This document shows positions 12,352-27,709 of a DNA stretch of 64,000 nucleotides, in pieces. Each line of letters starts with the position of its first letter. Position 1 is the first letter of the stretch. Source of the stretch: Eledone cirrhosa (lineage: Eukaryota); contig OZ024741.1 of NCBI GenBank assembly GCA_964016885.1, forward strand, positions 343,604,001-343,668,000, in the 5' to 3' direction. The position numbers and the translations under genes were made by a program. The notes beneath the pieces are model-generated. The model had not been told where the DNA came from, did no database searches, and saw only the letters and a list, made by a program, of their open reading frames with translations.

Positions 12352-14565
12352 CTACATTTTAAATTTAAATTTATATTTAAACGTTGAGTTTAATCTATGT
12401 TTGCAACAACTGAATACATTTGTCCGTAGGTTAAGGAAATTTTTAGATTTTAGTATAAAGAATATCTCCTCTGCGCAGAGGTCACATGTCTCAGAGGATG
12501 AATTAAAAGGAATCCCTCTTGAGACTATATTCCAAGCCGTCGAATATCTAACGTTATCTAGCTTAAGTTGCCAGAGTACGCCTGATAGTGCCGTTGAAGA
12601 TTTTTTACTTGGATCTGTGAAAGAATTCTTGTGGTTATTATAGCGAAGTTTAAATTCCGTCGATGTGGAACCGACGTAGTTAAAAGAATTAGAGTCAGTA
12701 TTAACATTACAATTGTATACTATATTTTTAACTAAGCAGTTGTTATTTAACGGACATTTAGATCTATCTCTACAGTTACATTTGTTAACTTGTATATTAT
12801 TTATGCTATTATCACTAGGTTTTAAGTTCCTATTATTTATTCTATTAATATTTTGTGCTAAATTTTTGGTGGATGAGTAGGTTAATTTAATTGTATGCCT
12901 ATTGAAAATTGAGTGATACCTATGTGTTCTAGGGAAGCGATTATCAAGAGCTTTGAAAAATAATTTAGCGATGTGGGTTTTAATGTTTAGTGAGAAAGGG
13001 GGGGCAAACCAAATTATGTTCCTAGTTCTATTTCTTTTTTGGCCTTTGGAATTATTGTAATGCTTTCTATTATAGTTGTTAATGTTGTTGCCGTAATTAA
13101 AAAAGTTGTTACTTTGTTTAGTTTGTCTATCATTATCTATGTACACAATCTTATCAGCATATCCTGCCCTAGCTAATGCTTCATTATAGTATTGGGCCTT
13201 TTCGTCGAAAATCTTTCTATTCGACGAGATCCTAGAGATACGTTTTTGAACTGAGTTTACTATAGTGTTTTTGACAGATCTGGGGTGGTTAGAGTTAAAG
13301 TTGACATAGTTTAAGTTTTCATTCAACTTGTGAAAAGGATAGTGGAGACATGTGTTGAGATTTAATGTTATATCTAGGAAATTGACTATTCTATGGTTGT
13401 TCTCAATTTCTATTTTAAGGTTAAAGTAATTAAAAAATTTTGTAATTTGTTTACATTTTCTATTTAGTTCAGGGTTATTATTATTAATAAGTAAAAGCAT
13501 GTCATCCCTATATAAACCTCCGGTAGTACCAGGTATTTTCCTATGTAGCGAATTGATTAAAAATAAGCCCACAAGGTCAGTTACCTGAGCTGAGTCGGAA
13601 GATCCCATAGTTATGTCAAAATTGCTATCTCTATCTGCTCTGGTCCATAATTTGTCATTAAATTCTATCAAAGTTTTCCTAGCCGATAATATAATATGCA
13701 TTTCTTTGCTAGTTAGGTCAGTATGTGTGAATGCGTAATTTAGTGCCTTATTTAGTAGACTAGGGGTAATAGAAGAATAATAGTTAGCTATATCAAGTTG
13801 AATAAACCTATTATTATTGTTATATTTAATTTGCCTAAACCACTCAACAACCTCTCCAGTTCCCTTCCACAAGCTCAGGTTAGATACACAATCCAAGTTC
13901 TTAATTTGCTGTATCACCCTGTCAAGAATGTTTTTGCTTAATTTGCCCAGGTCCGATTTTGAAGGTGCGATCAATCCAACTGGCAGGTCATTTTCAAAAT
14001 TCCTCTTGTGGTCCTTCATATTGATCTTCGGTTTCCTGGGCACGAAAGGTTGTGTTCTGTTCTCAATTTCCAACTCATGCATTATACAAGATGCTTCGAC
14101 ATTCATTTTCTCAAGTTCGGCCTTATCTGCTACCTTGTACTTTTTCCTCAGCTCTTTCAGTATGAGGCCATTATACATGTCTTTCCGCACTCCATAGAGG
14201 TTGTTGGTCTTGTCAGATTTCACCAAGATCTTCTCAGTTTTCTCTAAGCTCTCAATGTTATCCTTAATGCCTTTCAGATATTCCTGGCCTTTGAAGTTTC
14301 TCTTGAATTTGACCCCTTGTATGATAGAAATTATATCGTTTTCAAAGTCAGATAAAAGTTTGTTAGGGGGTGGATTTCTTTTAGATTTGAAAACTTTGTT
14401 TAAGTCCGAGACATTTTCGTCTGCATTAGATTTATCCAAGTGGAATGCACGCTACCTGATTCTCCTTATAAAAGAGTCAGATTTATCTATTAATTGTTTT
14501 ATAAAGTCTTTGTTTCTAGGTAGAGGTATGTCTTTTAGAGAGGAAGTAATCTTAAAGAATTCCAT
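12352..14565 (-). CDS. PLE reverse transcriptase + C-terminal GIY-YIG endonuclease (~737 codons, one in-frame TAG at 14452-14454)
   Basis: ATG at 14565 (MEFFKITSSLKDIPLP...FIRRIR*RAFH) is in frame with the 695-aa ORF; motifs KSDKT, QLDIANYY, GLYRDD, IWFAPPF, CNCRDRSKCPL, IVY..YVG, FKLRYNNH, CDLC. Confidence 0.9.
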
Positions 14566-14744
14566 TTTTCCAGTTATAATATAAAGCGCTCAACAGTATT
14601 GGAGCAAGATACATGGAAAGTTATATTTAAAATTGTTGGGTTACAACTAGTAAATATTTATAACTGATATAAAAGCACTCGACAAATATTTGGAGTATAT
14701 TTACAATATTAAATAAATGGAAACTATATTTATAAAACCATATT

Positions 14745-14810
14745 TATTTCATTATATATATTTCGGGGATAACATATTAACAATATGCTATGCCTTCCTC
14801 AGACAAAATA
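14745..14810 (-). ncRNA. Hammerhead ribozyme (family A, upstream pLTR)
   Basis: Same motif as 10850-10915. Confidence 0.8.
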
Positions 14811-15337
14811 CAATATAAACAGTTTTATAGATAAATAGATTCGACATACCGTTATAACACCGACTTCCATTTGAAGAGGTTTAGGCTGGCAGTGAAAAAA
14901 TTTTACACAGAGAGAAAGAAAGAGAGAAAAAAGAAAGAAAGACAGAAAACGAAGAAAAGGAAGAAAAAGAAGAAATGCATGGAACAAAATAGAGAGATGG
15001 AAAGATAGATAAAGCGAAGAACTTCATGTAAAGAAACAGAAAGAGATATATATATATAGAGAGGAAATAGAGATAGATACATATATATATAGAAAATTAG
15101 GTAGTGGGAGGTCATTTTGAGTAAATGTATCAATGATACATTTATTTATTTATTTATTTATTTAGCTCAAGTATTAATGTAAGGGAGATATATATAGAGA
15201 GAAAAAATATAGAGAGAGGAAAAAATAGCGAGAGAAAAAAAAAAAATTTAAAAATAGCCAGATATATTCGAGGCGTAAAAACCCTATGTTTTAATGTATT
15301 AGTATTTATAAAACTTACACTATATTGTAAATATCAG

Positions 15338-16793
15338 ATTTATTCAACTTTATATAGCTAACTATTATTCTTCTATTACCCCTAGTCTACTAAATAAGGC
15401 ACTAAATTACGCATTCACACATACTGACCTAACTAGCAAAGAAATGCATATTATATTATCGGCTAGGAAAACTTTGATAGAATTTAATGACAAATTATGG
15501 ACCAGAGCAGATAGAGATAGCAATTTTGACATAAATATGGGATCTTCCGACTCAGCTCAGGTAACTGACCTTGTGGGCTTATTTTTAATCAATTCGCTAC
15601 ATAGGAAAATACCTGGTACTACCGGAGGTTTATATAGGGATGACATGCTTTTACTTATTAATAATAATAACCCTGAACTAAATAGAAAATGTAAACAAAT
15701 TACAACATTTTTTAATTACTTTAACCTTAAAATAGAAATTGAGAACAACCATAGAATAGTCAATTTCCTAGATATAACATTAAATCTCAACACATGTCTC
15801 CACTATCCTTTTCACAAGTTGAATGAAAACTTAAACTATGTCAACTTTAACTCTAACCACCCCAGATCTGTCAAAAACACTATAGTAAACTCAGTTCAAA
15901 AACGTATCTCTAGGATCTCGTCGAATAGAAAGATTTTCGACGAAAAGGCCCAATACTATAATGAAGCATTAGCTAGGGCAGGATATGCTGATAAGATTGT
16001 GTACATAGATAATGATAGACAAACTAAACAAAGTAACAACTTTTTTAATTACGGCAACAACATTAACAACTATAATAGAAAGCATTACAATAATTCCAAA
16101 GGCCAAAAAAGAAATAGAACTAGGAACATAATTTGGTTTGCCCCCCCTTTCTCACTAAACATTAAAACCCACATCGCTAAATTATTTTTCAAAGCTCTTG
16201 ATAATCGCTTCCCTAGAACACATAGGTATCACTCAATTTTCAATAGGCATACAATTAAATTAACCTACTCATCCACCAAAAATTTAGCACAAAATATTAA
16301 TAGAATAAATAATAGGAACTTAAAACCTAGTGATAATAGCATAAATAATATACAAGTTAACAAATGTAACTGTAGAGATAGATCTAAATGTCCGTTAAAT
16401 AACAACTGCTTAGTTAAAAATATAGTATACAATTGTAATGTTAATACTGACTCTAATTCTTTTAACTACGTCGGTTCCACATCGACGGAATTTAAACTTC
16501 GCTATAATAACCACAAGAATTCTTTCACAGATCCAAGTAAAAAATCTTCAACGGCACTATCAGGCGTACTCTGGCAACTTAAGCTAGATAACGTTAGATA
16601 TTCGACGGCTTGGAATATAGTCTCAAGAGGGATTCCTTTTAATTCATCCTCTGAGACATGTGACCTCTGCGCAGAGGAGATATTCTTTATACTAAAATCT
16701 AAAAATTCCCTTAACCTACGGACAAATTTATTCAGTTGTTGCAAACATAGATTAAACTCAACGTTTAAATATAAATTTAAATTTAAAATGTAG
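15338..16793 (+). pseudogene. 5'-truncated PLE RT-EN copy (open 449-aa frame from 15444)
   Basis: Nearly identical to the C-terminal part of 12352-14439. Confidence 0.9.
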
Positions 16794-18224
16794 TATATTT
16801 AGTTTGATTTATATTTATATGGGAAACTAGCCGATAAATTTTTGATTCCTTCTTTTTATTCTTTTTTTTGTTTATTTTTATTTTTATTTTATTTTTATTT
16901 AAACATTCCTCATGAAAAATTAAGCTACCCTAAAAGCTGATGCTCCAAATTTTTTGAATAAACCTTACACTAGATAAACTTCTATATTAAATATAAGAAC
17001 ATATGTAGACCAATTTGGACATCATAGACTTTTTGAAATGATCTTTGCTAGATGTGATTTGATAGATAATTTTTGGCTTTGTCTTGTAATGAACTTGGCA
17101 ATATATTGTCAATTAACTTTGAAGGGTTGATCTTTGTGGTTTATTTTTATTTTTATTTTTTATTATTGTAGTATTTTATAATATTTTTTATTTTTTATTT
17201 TTATTTTTATTTTTATTTTTAATATCTTTAATATGTAAATTTTTAATACGTAATATTTTTTAATACGTAATATTTTTAATATGTAATATTTTTATTATGT
17301 AATATTCTTTCGTAATATTTTTTTAGTTTTCTATTTTATTATTACTTATTTTTACTTATTATTATTATTGTTATCTTTTTATTTTTTTATTTTTTTAGTT
17401 TTGTTTCTGATATATGTTTTTATTGGTATATTGAAATCTGCTCTCTATTTCTGCTTGATAGATAATCTTGTAGAGTAAAGACAGGAATAATAATTAATAC
17501 ACATATATGTATGCTCAAATTTTTATACCACATTGTGAATGTTTTCCGTGAACTTAGAGTTTGCAGGGTGAATCATGTGGATTCGCATGGATGTTTGTAG
17601 CTGTCACATAAACATATGAATTTTTTTAAAACTAAACATAAGATAATTAATTTTCACACACTATGGGTACTTGTCTCATTCACGAATACTGATATTTACA
17701 ATATAGTGTAAGTTTTATAAATACTAATACATTAAAACATAGGGTTTTTACGCCTCGAATATATCTGGCTATTTTTAAATTTTTTTTTTTTTTTTTTCTC
17801 TCGCTATTTTTTCCTCTCTCTATATTTTTTCTCTCTATATATATCTCCCTTACATTAATACTTGAGATAAATAAATAAATAAATAAATAAATGTATCATT
17901 GATACATTTACTCAAAATGACCTCCCACTACCTAATTTTCTATATATATATGTATCTATCTCTATTTCCTCTCTCTCTCTATATATATATCTCTTTCTGT
18001 TTCTTTACATGAAGTTCTTCGCTTTATCTATCTTTCCATCTCTCTATTTTGTTCCATGCATTTCTTCTTTTTCTTCCTTTTCTTCGTTTTCTGTCTTTCT
18101 TTCTTTTTTCTCTCTTTCTTTCTCTCTGTGTAAATTTTTTCACTGCCAGCCTAAACCTCTTCAAATGGAAGTCGGTGTTATAACGGTATGTCGAATCTAT
18201 TTATCTATAAAACTGTTTATATTG

Positions 18225-18290
18225 TATTTTGTCTGAGGAAGGCATAGCATATTGTTAATATGATATCCCCGAAATATATATAATGAAATA
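18225..18290 (+). ncRNA. Hammerhead ribozyme (family A, right arm)
   Basis: CTGAGGA at 18233, GAAA at 18271, 8-bp stem I. Confidence 0.8.
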
Positions 18291-18417
18291 AATATGGTTT
18301 TATAAATATAGTTTCCATTTATTCTATATTGTAAATATACTCCAAATATTTGTCGAGTGCTTTTATATCAGTTATAAATATTTACTAGTTGTAACCCAAC
18401 AATTTAAATATAACTTT

Positions 18418-18455
<38 letters not shown>

Positions 18456-18507
18456 TTGACATATATATATACAAATACATATCATATATATATATATATA
18501 TATATAT

Positions 18508-18784
<277 letters not shown>

Positions 18785-18813
18785 TTGACATATATATATA
18801 TATACAAATACAT

Positions 18814-18855
<42 letters not shown>

Positions 18856-18858
<3 letters not shown>

Positions 18859-21800
18859 TTATTAAAATAACAGATTAAAATTTAAGCAAAGAATCGCTGC
18901 GTTCACCCTTAACGGGATCTTCTGAAACTAACAAAGTCAATCTGTAAACGCAGAACTGGATATTTCAAAAAACGTTGCAACCGGAGGAAGACAGGAAGAC
19001 GATACTTTGGTTCGTGGAAACGTTCGCTGGCAAAGAACGGGAAAAAACGAATAATACGTCATTAATAGGAGCGGTTAAAAACAATTACGCGCAAAGACAG
19101 AACCACGTTTATGGTATAAAAGAGGTCGTAGACTAATGTTCTCTTAGGTGGTGCATAGAGACGTTCTCTGGAAATGAACGAAAAAACGAAGATAATAAGT
19201 CATATGTGGAGCGTGGAGAACAATAGCACGCAAAGACAAAACCACGTAAATGGTATAGCAGAAGTCGTAGACTACAATTCTAACTAGGAGACCAAATGAA
19301 TCTCCGCTACAGAGTTAAGAACAACGTAAATAAATACAATACAGAAGTAATAGAAAAAAATAAATACATACACGCAAACAGATACGTACATACACAAACA
19401 TACGCAAAACCTTACCATAGGTATACAAAACCACGCACATATAAATATGTGTGTGTGTGTATGCTTGTGTACAAATAAATAAATAATTATATAAACGTAT
19501 ATAAGTAAATAAATACGTATATAACAAGCGCACACACATACCTACAAATAAATACACGAATGTTCGGAGACGTAAGTCAACTAAAACAAGAAGTACACAT
19601 ATACACACACCCACCATACGTACGAACCTGCATACTCACGCAGACGCAAAACTCCCGTATACACATAGCCAAACCCTAAATACCAGAATATGTAAAAATT
19701 ATACGCCATAACAGTCAAATATACGTACGAGAAGGTATACATACCTTCACAAAACATAGAGGTAATATATACTTACCTATGCAAATAAGTAATGGTATAA
19801 ACATAACACATACTTAGCTCCCACATCAAGACGTAAAATATCCACGTACAGATCGTGCTATCCGTTAGGGTATAACGTGGGGCTGTAATACAGGAAAGTT
19901 TTGTGCAATTTATGTTTACAAGCCGAAATTGCCTCAGATTTTTTGTTTAAGATGTGGTCTGTAGCGTAGAGTATTTCCAGGGTCTCAGCGGCACAGATGT
20001 CACATGGTCTTTTATTTCCGTTATACGATCTAGCCCTAGCTAGGATCTCCCAGTGTAACTTATATTGGGTGTGGTTGTCTTTTAGACTCCAGATATAAGC
20101 TGAAAGTGACGTCATATTCCTTCTTAGAGGGTAACAAAAAGAATGGGTATGCATGTAAAAACGCTGCTTGAAACTATTGGCGGTTAACCCTATGTAGGCC
20201 CTACGGGACGTGGGTGTTACAACCTTACATTTGTAGACAATCTTACTAGAGAGGCATTTCCCGGATAGGGGACAATCAGCCCGATTCCTACAATTACAGT
20301 TAGTACTAACTACAGGGTTCCACGTGTTCCTACGGCTAGGTAGTTTAGCTAAATTTGAAGCTGTGATGTTATGTGCAAGGTTAGAAGTCGTAGAGTAAGA
20401 AATTTTAATAGTATTTCTATTAAAAATGTTACTATATTTATGTGTAGGAGGAAAATGCTTCGTAATAAGGGAAAGAAAGATCTTAGCTAATGGTGTGGCC
20501 ACCTCCATATTATATGGTGGGTTAAACCAACAAATGCGACGGGATCTATTTCTTCTAGGTCTATTTTCGTACTCTGTATATGCTACCTTATCGACAAATC
20601 CACTTTCAGCAAGAGCTTCATTGTAATAAGTGGAATGGTCGTTGAAAATGCGCTCGTTGGTGGAAAGACGGGAAAGCCTCAACGAAACGTTTTTTACCAG
20701 GTTCTTGGTTATGCTGGCAGGATGGTTGGAATGCTTACTTATGTAATTAAGCGTACCATTCGGCTTTCTATACGGGTAATACAACCTATTCAATAAATTT
20801 AGGGTAACGTCGAGGTAATTAACGACCGAGAGATTGGCCTCAACCTGTATAGAGAGGTTGAAGCCTTTAAAGAAGGCTGTGAGTTCTTTTCTGAACCTGT
20901 CGCAAGCACGAGGTCCGCACTTAGTCATGGTCAAAAGACCATCGTCACGGTACAAACCACCGCCCGCGTTGGGGAATTCGTCATTGATAGAGAAAAGAAG
21001 GAAAAGGCTAATAAGATCAATCAGTAACCTCCGCAGAGTCACTGGCGCCCATACTCACGTCAAATGGGGTACTATTGGATTTTTTAATCCAAATAGAGTC
21101 GTAGAAATTAATCACCGACTTTCGGGCATTAAGGATGACATCAACTTCGAAATCCTTAACAACTGTGAGTGTTTTAGCGAAATTGATAGCTCTAAGGAGA
21201 AGTGGTAAAGTGATGGAGGAGTAGTAATTGTTGATGTCGAATTGGATAAAACGGCAATGTTCCTTGTTACATATGCCGTTGAACCAATCAATCACCGCGA
21301 AAGAATTGTTCCACAGTGCGAGAGGGGCCAAACTTCTAATTTCAGGTATAATTCTATCAAGAATCGTTTTACTAAGTCTACCTAAATCGGACTTCGTAGG
21401 GTTAATAAGCCGAATAGAGGGGTTGTTTGGAAAATTGGATTTGTGATCCTTCAGGGTAAAGTGGGGAGAGATAGGGTCCAGAGGTTCGGTCCGGCCCAGG
21501 ATGTTGATATCAGATGTGATTTTAAACCCAGCATCGTTGATTTCATTGATGACACACCGATTAGTTTTACGGTAATTCTTAGTTACAGCATTATTTAGTA
21601 GTTGATGGTAAGTACTGCGCTCCACTTGATATAGGTTGCCAGTGCTATTGTTTTCCACGCTCCACATATGACTTATTATCTTCGTTTTTTCGTTCATTGC
21701 CAGAGAACGTCTCTATGCACCACCTAAGAGAACATTAGTCTACGACCTCTATTATACCATAAACGTGGTTCTGTCTTTGCGCGTAATTGTTTTTCACCGC

Positions 21801-22098
21801 TCCTATTAATGACGTATAATTCGTTTTTTCCCGTTCTTTGCCAGCGAACGTTACCACGAACCAAAGTATCGTCTTCCTGTCTTCCTCCGGTTGCAACGTT
21901 TTTTGAAATATCCACTTCTGCGTTTACAGATTGACTTTGTTAGTTTCAGAAGATCTCGTTAAGGGTGAAAGCAGCGATTCTTTGCTTAAACTTTAATCTT
22001 TTATTTTAATAAATATTTGCTCTTCGGTTCTTATATATTTGATATATATTTTCCTTATCGAGCCCTCTTTGGATTTTAGTCTTCAATTTTATTATTAT

Positions 22099-22105
<7 letters not shown>
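18856..22105. mobile_element. Penelope-like element family C (Hydra-clade-like), inverted insertion
   Basis: Left arm 18856-21641(-) holds 3' UTR and ORF; right arm 21642-22015(+) is the inverted pLTR; tail to ~22100; (TA)n flanks. Confidence 0.9.
19858..21641 (-). pseudogene. 5'-truncated PLE RT-EN with a frameshift near 21017-21042
   Basis: TLKDHK, QFDINNYY, VSMGASD, GLYRDD, WFNPPY, CNCRNRADCPL, YIGLT, FKQRFYMH, CDIC. Confidence 0.9.
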
Positions 22106-22138
<33 letters not shown>

Positions 22139-22319
22139 TTGTCCATTTTTTTCCATGTTTATTGTTAGTACCTCAACCACCATACGTATCTCTAGTTCTT
22201 TCCCGTCCCATAGTAAAGGTCACTATCAGCCATGAGCTTTGATAAATACCCTCAATATATTGATTAATGTTATAGAGTTTAGTTTATATCCTAATTCACA
22301 CACAGAAACTATACTCATC

Positions 22320-23760
<1,441 letters not shown>

Positions 23761-24010
23761 AGGGAGTGAAACTTGGAGTTACTGCAGGTTCATCCGAGTG
23801 ATCACTCGATGTTTAGGTTCACTTCTGTGTTGAGGTGTAGAGCAGAGTGTAATATATTGATAGGATAACAAGGACGATTGGTTACTCCTTCATTACATTT
23901 ATTGGTAAGTGACGCGCGTTTCGCCACTGATCAGCTCAAAGTTCAATCTGTATCGATCTTACCCGACTCAATAATCCGCAGCTCGACGGACCCTTTAAAA
24001 TGTTATGAGT
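23761..24010 (-). mobile_element. PLE pLTR fragment with the 3' half of an HHR and the tail
   Basis: Minus strand GAAA-CGCGCG-TC at 23911-23922; tail TCGAGTGATCA at 23799-23809; homologous to 2820-3030. Confidence 0.6.
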
Positions 24011-24013
24011 AAA

Positions 24014-24065
<52 letters not shown>

Positions 24066-24143
24066 TATATATGTATATATATATATATATAATATATACA
24101 TATATATATACACATATATATACATGTATATGTATATGTACAT

Positions 24144-24228
<85 letters not shown>

Positions 24229-25085
24229 TATGAAGAGAGAAGAAACATTTAGATATAATTAGTAATAAAATGTATCATGCCTAAACTTCTCCTAGATTCC
24301 TCGACTACGTAGTTTCGTGGCATAAACAAAAACAATACATCATAAAGATATCGAGTCCCTGCGAGGTCTGCCGACTTATCAAGAGGATAACTCATTTTAC
24401 TAGTCTCAAGAACGCGTCTACACGACGTGAGAAAGAATCCCAAAAGGCGGAGGGGGAGACAGTCACGCGTTATAACGGTCGAGAAACAGAGCTAAGCCTC
24501 TTATAACCCCGAAGAAAATACCTCGGAGGCGGAGGGGGTATTTATATCGAAGCCGTAGAAGAGGTGGTGAAGGGGGCGAGAAGTATGAGTAATGGAGGCC
24601 TTCCAGCAGTCCCCACACTTCAAAGATTGCTCGACCAGAGGGAGTTATTAACAATATATTTAGAAACACATAGATACATGCGGGGACACACATATACAAG
24701 AATGCATCCTCACCCAAACGTGAGTTAAGGGTGCCAACTTCACCGATGTTGCTCAATGAATGACTGGGACAGACCAATCCGGTTGAACCAAACTGAACCA
24801 GTATCAGAGTTAAAAATACATTATGAAGAGAGAAGAAACATTTAGATATAATTAGTAATAAAATGTATCATACCTAAGCTGCTCCTAGATTCCTCGACTA
24901 CGTAGTTTCGTGGCATAAACAAACACAATACATCATAAAGATATAGAGTCCCTGCGAGGTCTGCCGACTTATCAAGAGGATACCTCATTTTACTAGTCTC
25001 AAGAACGCGTCTATACGACGTGAGAAAGAATCCCAAAAGGCGGAGGGGGAGACAGTCACGCGATATAACGGTCGAGAAACAGAGA
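24229..25085 (-). mobile_element. Non-coding partial-tandem element: two ~260-bp direct repeats around a ~330-bp spacer
   Basis: Repeats at 24229-24489 and 24821-25083; each has GAAA-CTACGTAG-TC (HHR 3' half) on the minus strand, with a degenerate CUGANGA. Confidence 0.6.
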
Positions 25086-25090
25086 TATAT

Positions 25091-25182
25091 ATTCATAAAT
25101 ATATCCACAAATATATATATAAATATATTATATATATATATATATATATACATATATATAAATATATCCATAAATATATATA

Positions 25183-25233
<51 letters not shown>

Positions 25234-25597
25234 GATATTAACAAATGGAAACTATGTTTATAAAACCATGTTTATTTAATTATACATATTTCAAGGATAC
25301 CAAGTTAAATTATGGTATGCCTTCATCAGACAAAATACAATATATACCAGTTTTATAAATAAACATTGACGTACCCTTTCAAAATGCAACCGTTACTTTT
25401 GGAAGACATCAGGATATCCTGATGTCTTCCAAAAGTAACGGTTGCATTTTGAAAGGGTACGTCAATGTTTATTTATAAAACTGGTATATATTGTATTTTG
25501 TCTGATGAAGGCATACCATAATTTAACCTGGTATCCTTGAAATATGTATAATTAAATAAATATGGTTTTATAAACATAGTTTCCATTTGTTAATATC

Positions 25598-25665
<68 letters not shown>

Positions 25666-25746
25666 GGATATATTTATATATATGTATATATATATATATA
25701 TATATATAATATATTTATATATATATTTGTGGATATATTTATGAAT
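25091..25746. mobile_element. Spacer-less palindrome of a family A-related pLTR that extends into interrupted (TA)n
   Basis: Centre at 25415/25416 (AGGAT|ATCCT); core 25233-25598; HHR at 25494-25558(+) with a mirror copy. Confidence 0.85.
25494..25558 (+). ncRNA. Hammerhead ribozyme
   Basis: TATTTTGT-CTGATGA-AGGCATACCA...TGGTATCCTT-GAAA-TATGTA-TA-ATTAAATA. Confidence 0.8.
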
Positions 25747-26159
25747 GTATATATATATAAACATATATATGTATTCACATATACATATTTCTGTTCACCT
25801 TTTGCATGTATATATATATATATATATGCATGTATGTATTTATGAATTTACCGGTATGTAAATTCTTCTAGGATCTACCAGCAACCCAAAAGACAAGATA
25901 GTAAATATTTGAAAGAAGAAAGAAAACCAATTTTAATAAGAAGAAGATGCAGATATTGAGTTAAACTGTAGTAACAACGGAAGGGCACACACTCATAAGC
26001 TGTCTATACAATCACTTGTATACTTCTCTGTATTAATAACATTATTGTTTCTCTGCCGAGTGACACTGCGTGAAACGTTAGACTTCGCTTTTTGTCTTCT
26101 ACACTACTTGAGTCTTTTATATAATGGCCTCTTAGCCAGTAATTTTGTGGGCGCTGACC

Positions 26160-26270
26160 GTCGATTAAATCGACCTCAGTGCGTGACTGGTACTTTATTT
26201 TATCGAACCCGTAAGGATGAAAGGTAAAGTTAACCTCGGCGGGATTTGAACTCAGATCATAAAGGGCCGT
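26160..26270 (-). mobile_element. SINE fragment
   Basis: Same family as 3995-4110; includes a B-box-like GAGTTCAAATCCC. Confidence 0.65.
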
Positions 26271-26646
26271 ATGAGCCTTTTATATAATGACATTTTGCTG
26301 TTACTGATCTTCCAAAAATCGCAGAAGCCACATGGTATTGATTTTAAGTGGTTGCATGACTTGCTAGAAAAAGCAGTATTTTGCACTCAAATTACATCCT
26401 ATAGTTTTAAAAACAAACGACACATTAGGCAAAAAATTTCTAGATTTTATAAAAAGGATAGAGGTGATTAAATCTGGAACGCCTTTGGACATATGTCTGC
26501 TCAATCAGGGCTGACTGGAGATTAAAAAACAACAAAAAATAACAGTAAACTACATATTCAAGTATTGTGCTGCGACAGGCAAATATAGGGAACTGCATCC
26601 AAATGAAAGGAATCCTGTTGATTATCAAATACTAACCAGTACTCTT

Positions 26647-26820
26647 TCAGTGGAGATTTCTGGTGTCCTTGGCCCTCGGGCGACCTCCCTGCTCACCACC
26701 ATCGGCAGAGAGTTGACTACCCAAAGCTGTGAGCCTGGCGAGCTGGATTGACCCTTCCAGCGAGTCTCCCTCGCCATACTCTGTGGAAATGCCATCTCTA
26801 TTCTGTCCGCCGGAGCTGTG
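26647..26820 (+). pseudogene. CRE-clade non-LTR retrotransposon C-terminal fragment
   Basis: Manual translation SVEISGVLGPRATSLLTTIGRELT...PFQRVSLAILCGNAISIL resembles the CRE terminus (VETLG.WG...QRLS.A..RGNA). Confidence 0.65.
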
Positions 26821-27084
26821 GGTCAACCAGCATGTGGGCCCCCATTTGATCATAATAGTGAGAGATGGTGAAAGCGGGAGAGACGGAGACAGTAACAATG
26901 GAAGTTTGATTCTTTTGTGTTCGGATCTGGTGTATATGTATATGTATCAAACAGATATATTTTTCATAGGCTCACAAACGTGCTCTTTCTATTATTTGTC
27001 ATTTCTAAGGCCGGTGGATTTGCAGTATCGGTAGGGAGTCGGACGCCATGCTTTGCAGCATAGAGTTATGCCCCTTTACGATAT

Positions 27085-27230
27085 TAGTTCAAATCCCGCC
27101 AAGGTTAACTTTCCTTTTCAGCCTTACGGGGTCGATAAAATAAAGCACCAGTAACGTACTGGGGTCAATTTAATCGACTTTCCCCTTCCCCCAAATTACT
27201 GGTCTTGTGCCTATACTAGAAATCATTGTC
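27085..27230 (+). mobile_element. SINE fragment
   Basis: AGTTCAAATCCCGCC...GGGGTCGATAAAATAAAG...GGTCTTGTGCC. Confidence 0.65.
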
Positions 27231-27709
27231 ATTTCTAGCTATTGTTGTTGTTTATGTTGCTTTTTTGTTTTGTGTTGTTATTGTAGTTGTTCCTTATCCT
27301 TTTAGGATGATTGAATGACCAAACTTATGATCAAAATAATTCCAGCTACAAGCATTGCATATTTCAAGAGATATCTATGACTTCGCGACTCAATTTCTTT
27401 CTTTTGTAAGTTAAAGAATATAGTGTATGATTTGAAAGAAATGTCGCTGCTATTTCTAGCAGGTCATTTGAGCACGTAGTGAATTCGTCATTGAATCTTG
27501 GCTCCATACTTGGTTGTGTGTGTTTGTGACAGGAATAATTGTAACGGTTAGAGTTGGTATAATAGACGTTTGTGTGATAGCTCTGTCAGTTTTCAACGTG
27601 TATCCCGGCAAGCATTGTCTTGGCACAGTACGTTGTTGGCATGATATAGTGGTGTAATATTGTGGCAAGAAGGCAACATATTTTGATACATGAACACCAA
27701 CTTCCAAAC

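Noticed and set aside
14452-14454. In-frame stop as possible recoding, as in selenoprotein-encoding Naiad PLEs
   Set aside because: It is a TAG at a Trp position rather than a TGA at Cys, and the domain order is RT-EN; an ordinary nonsense mutation is more likely.
21642-21697. Apparent ATG start of ORF 21017..21697
   Set aside because: It derives from the inverted pLTR arm fused to a truncated RT.
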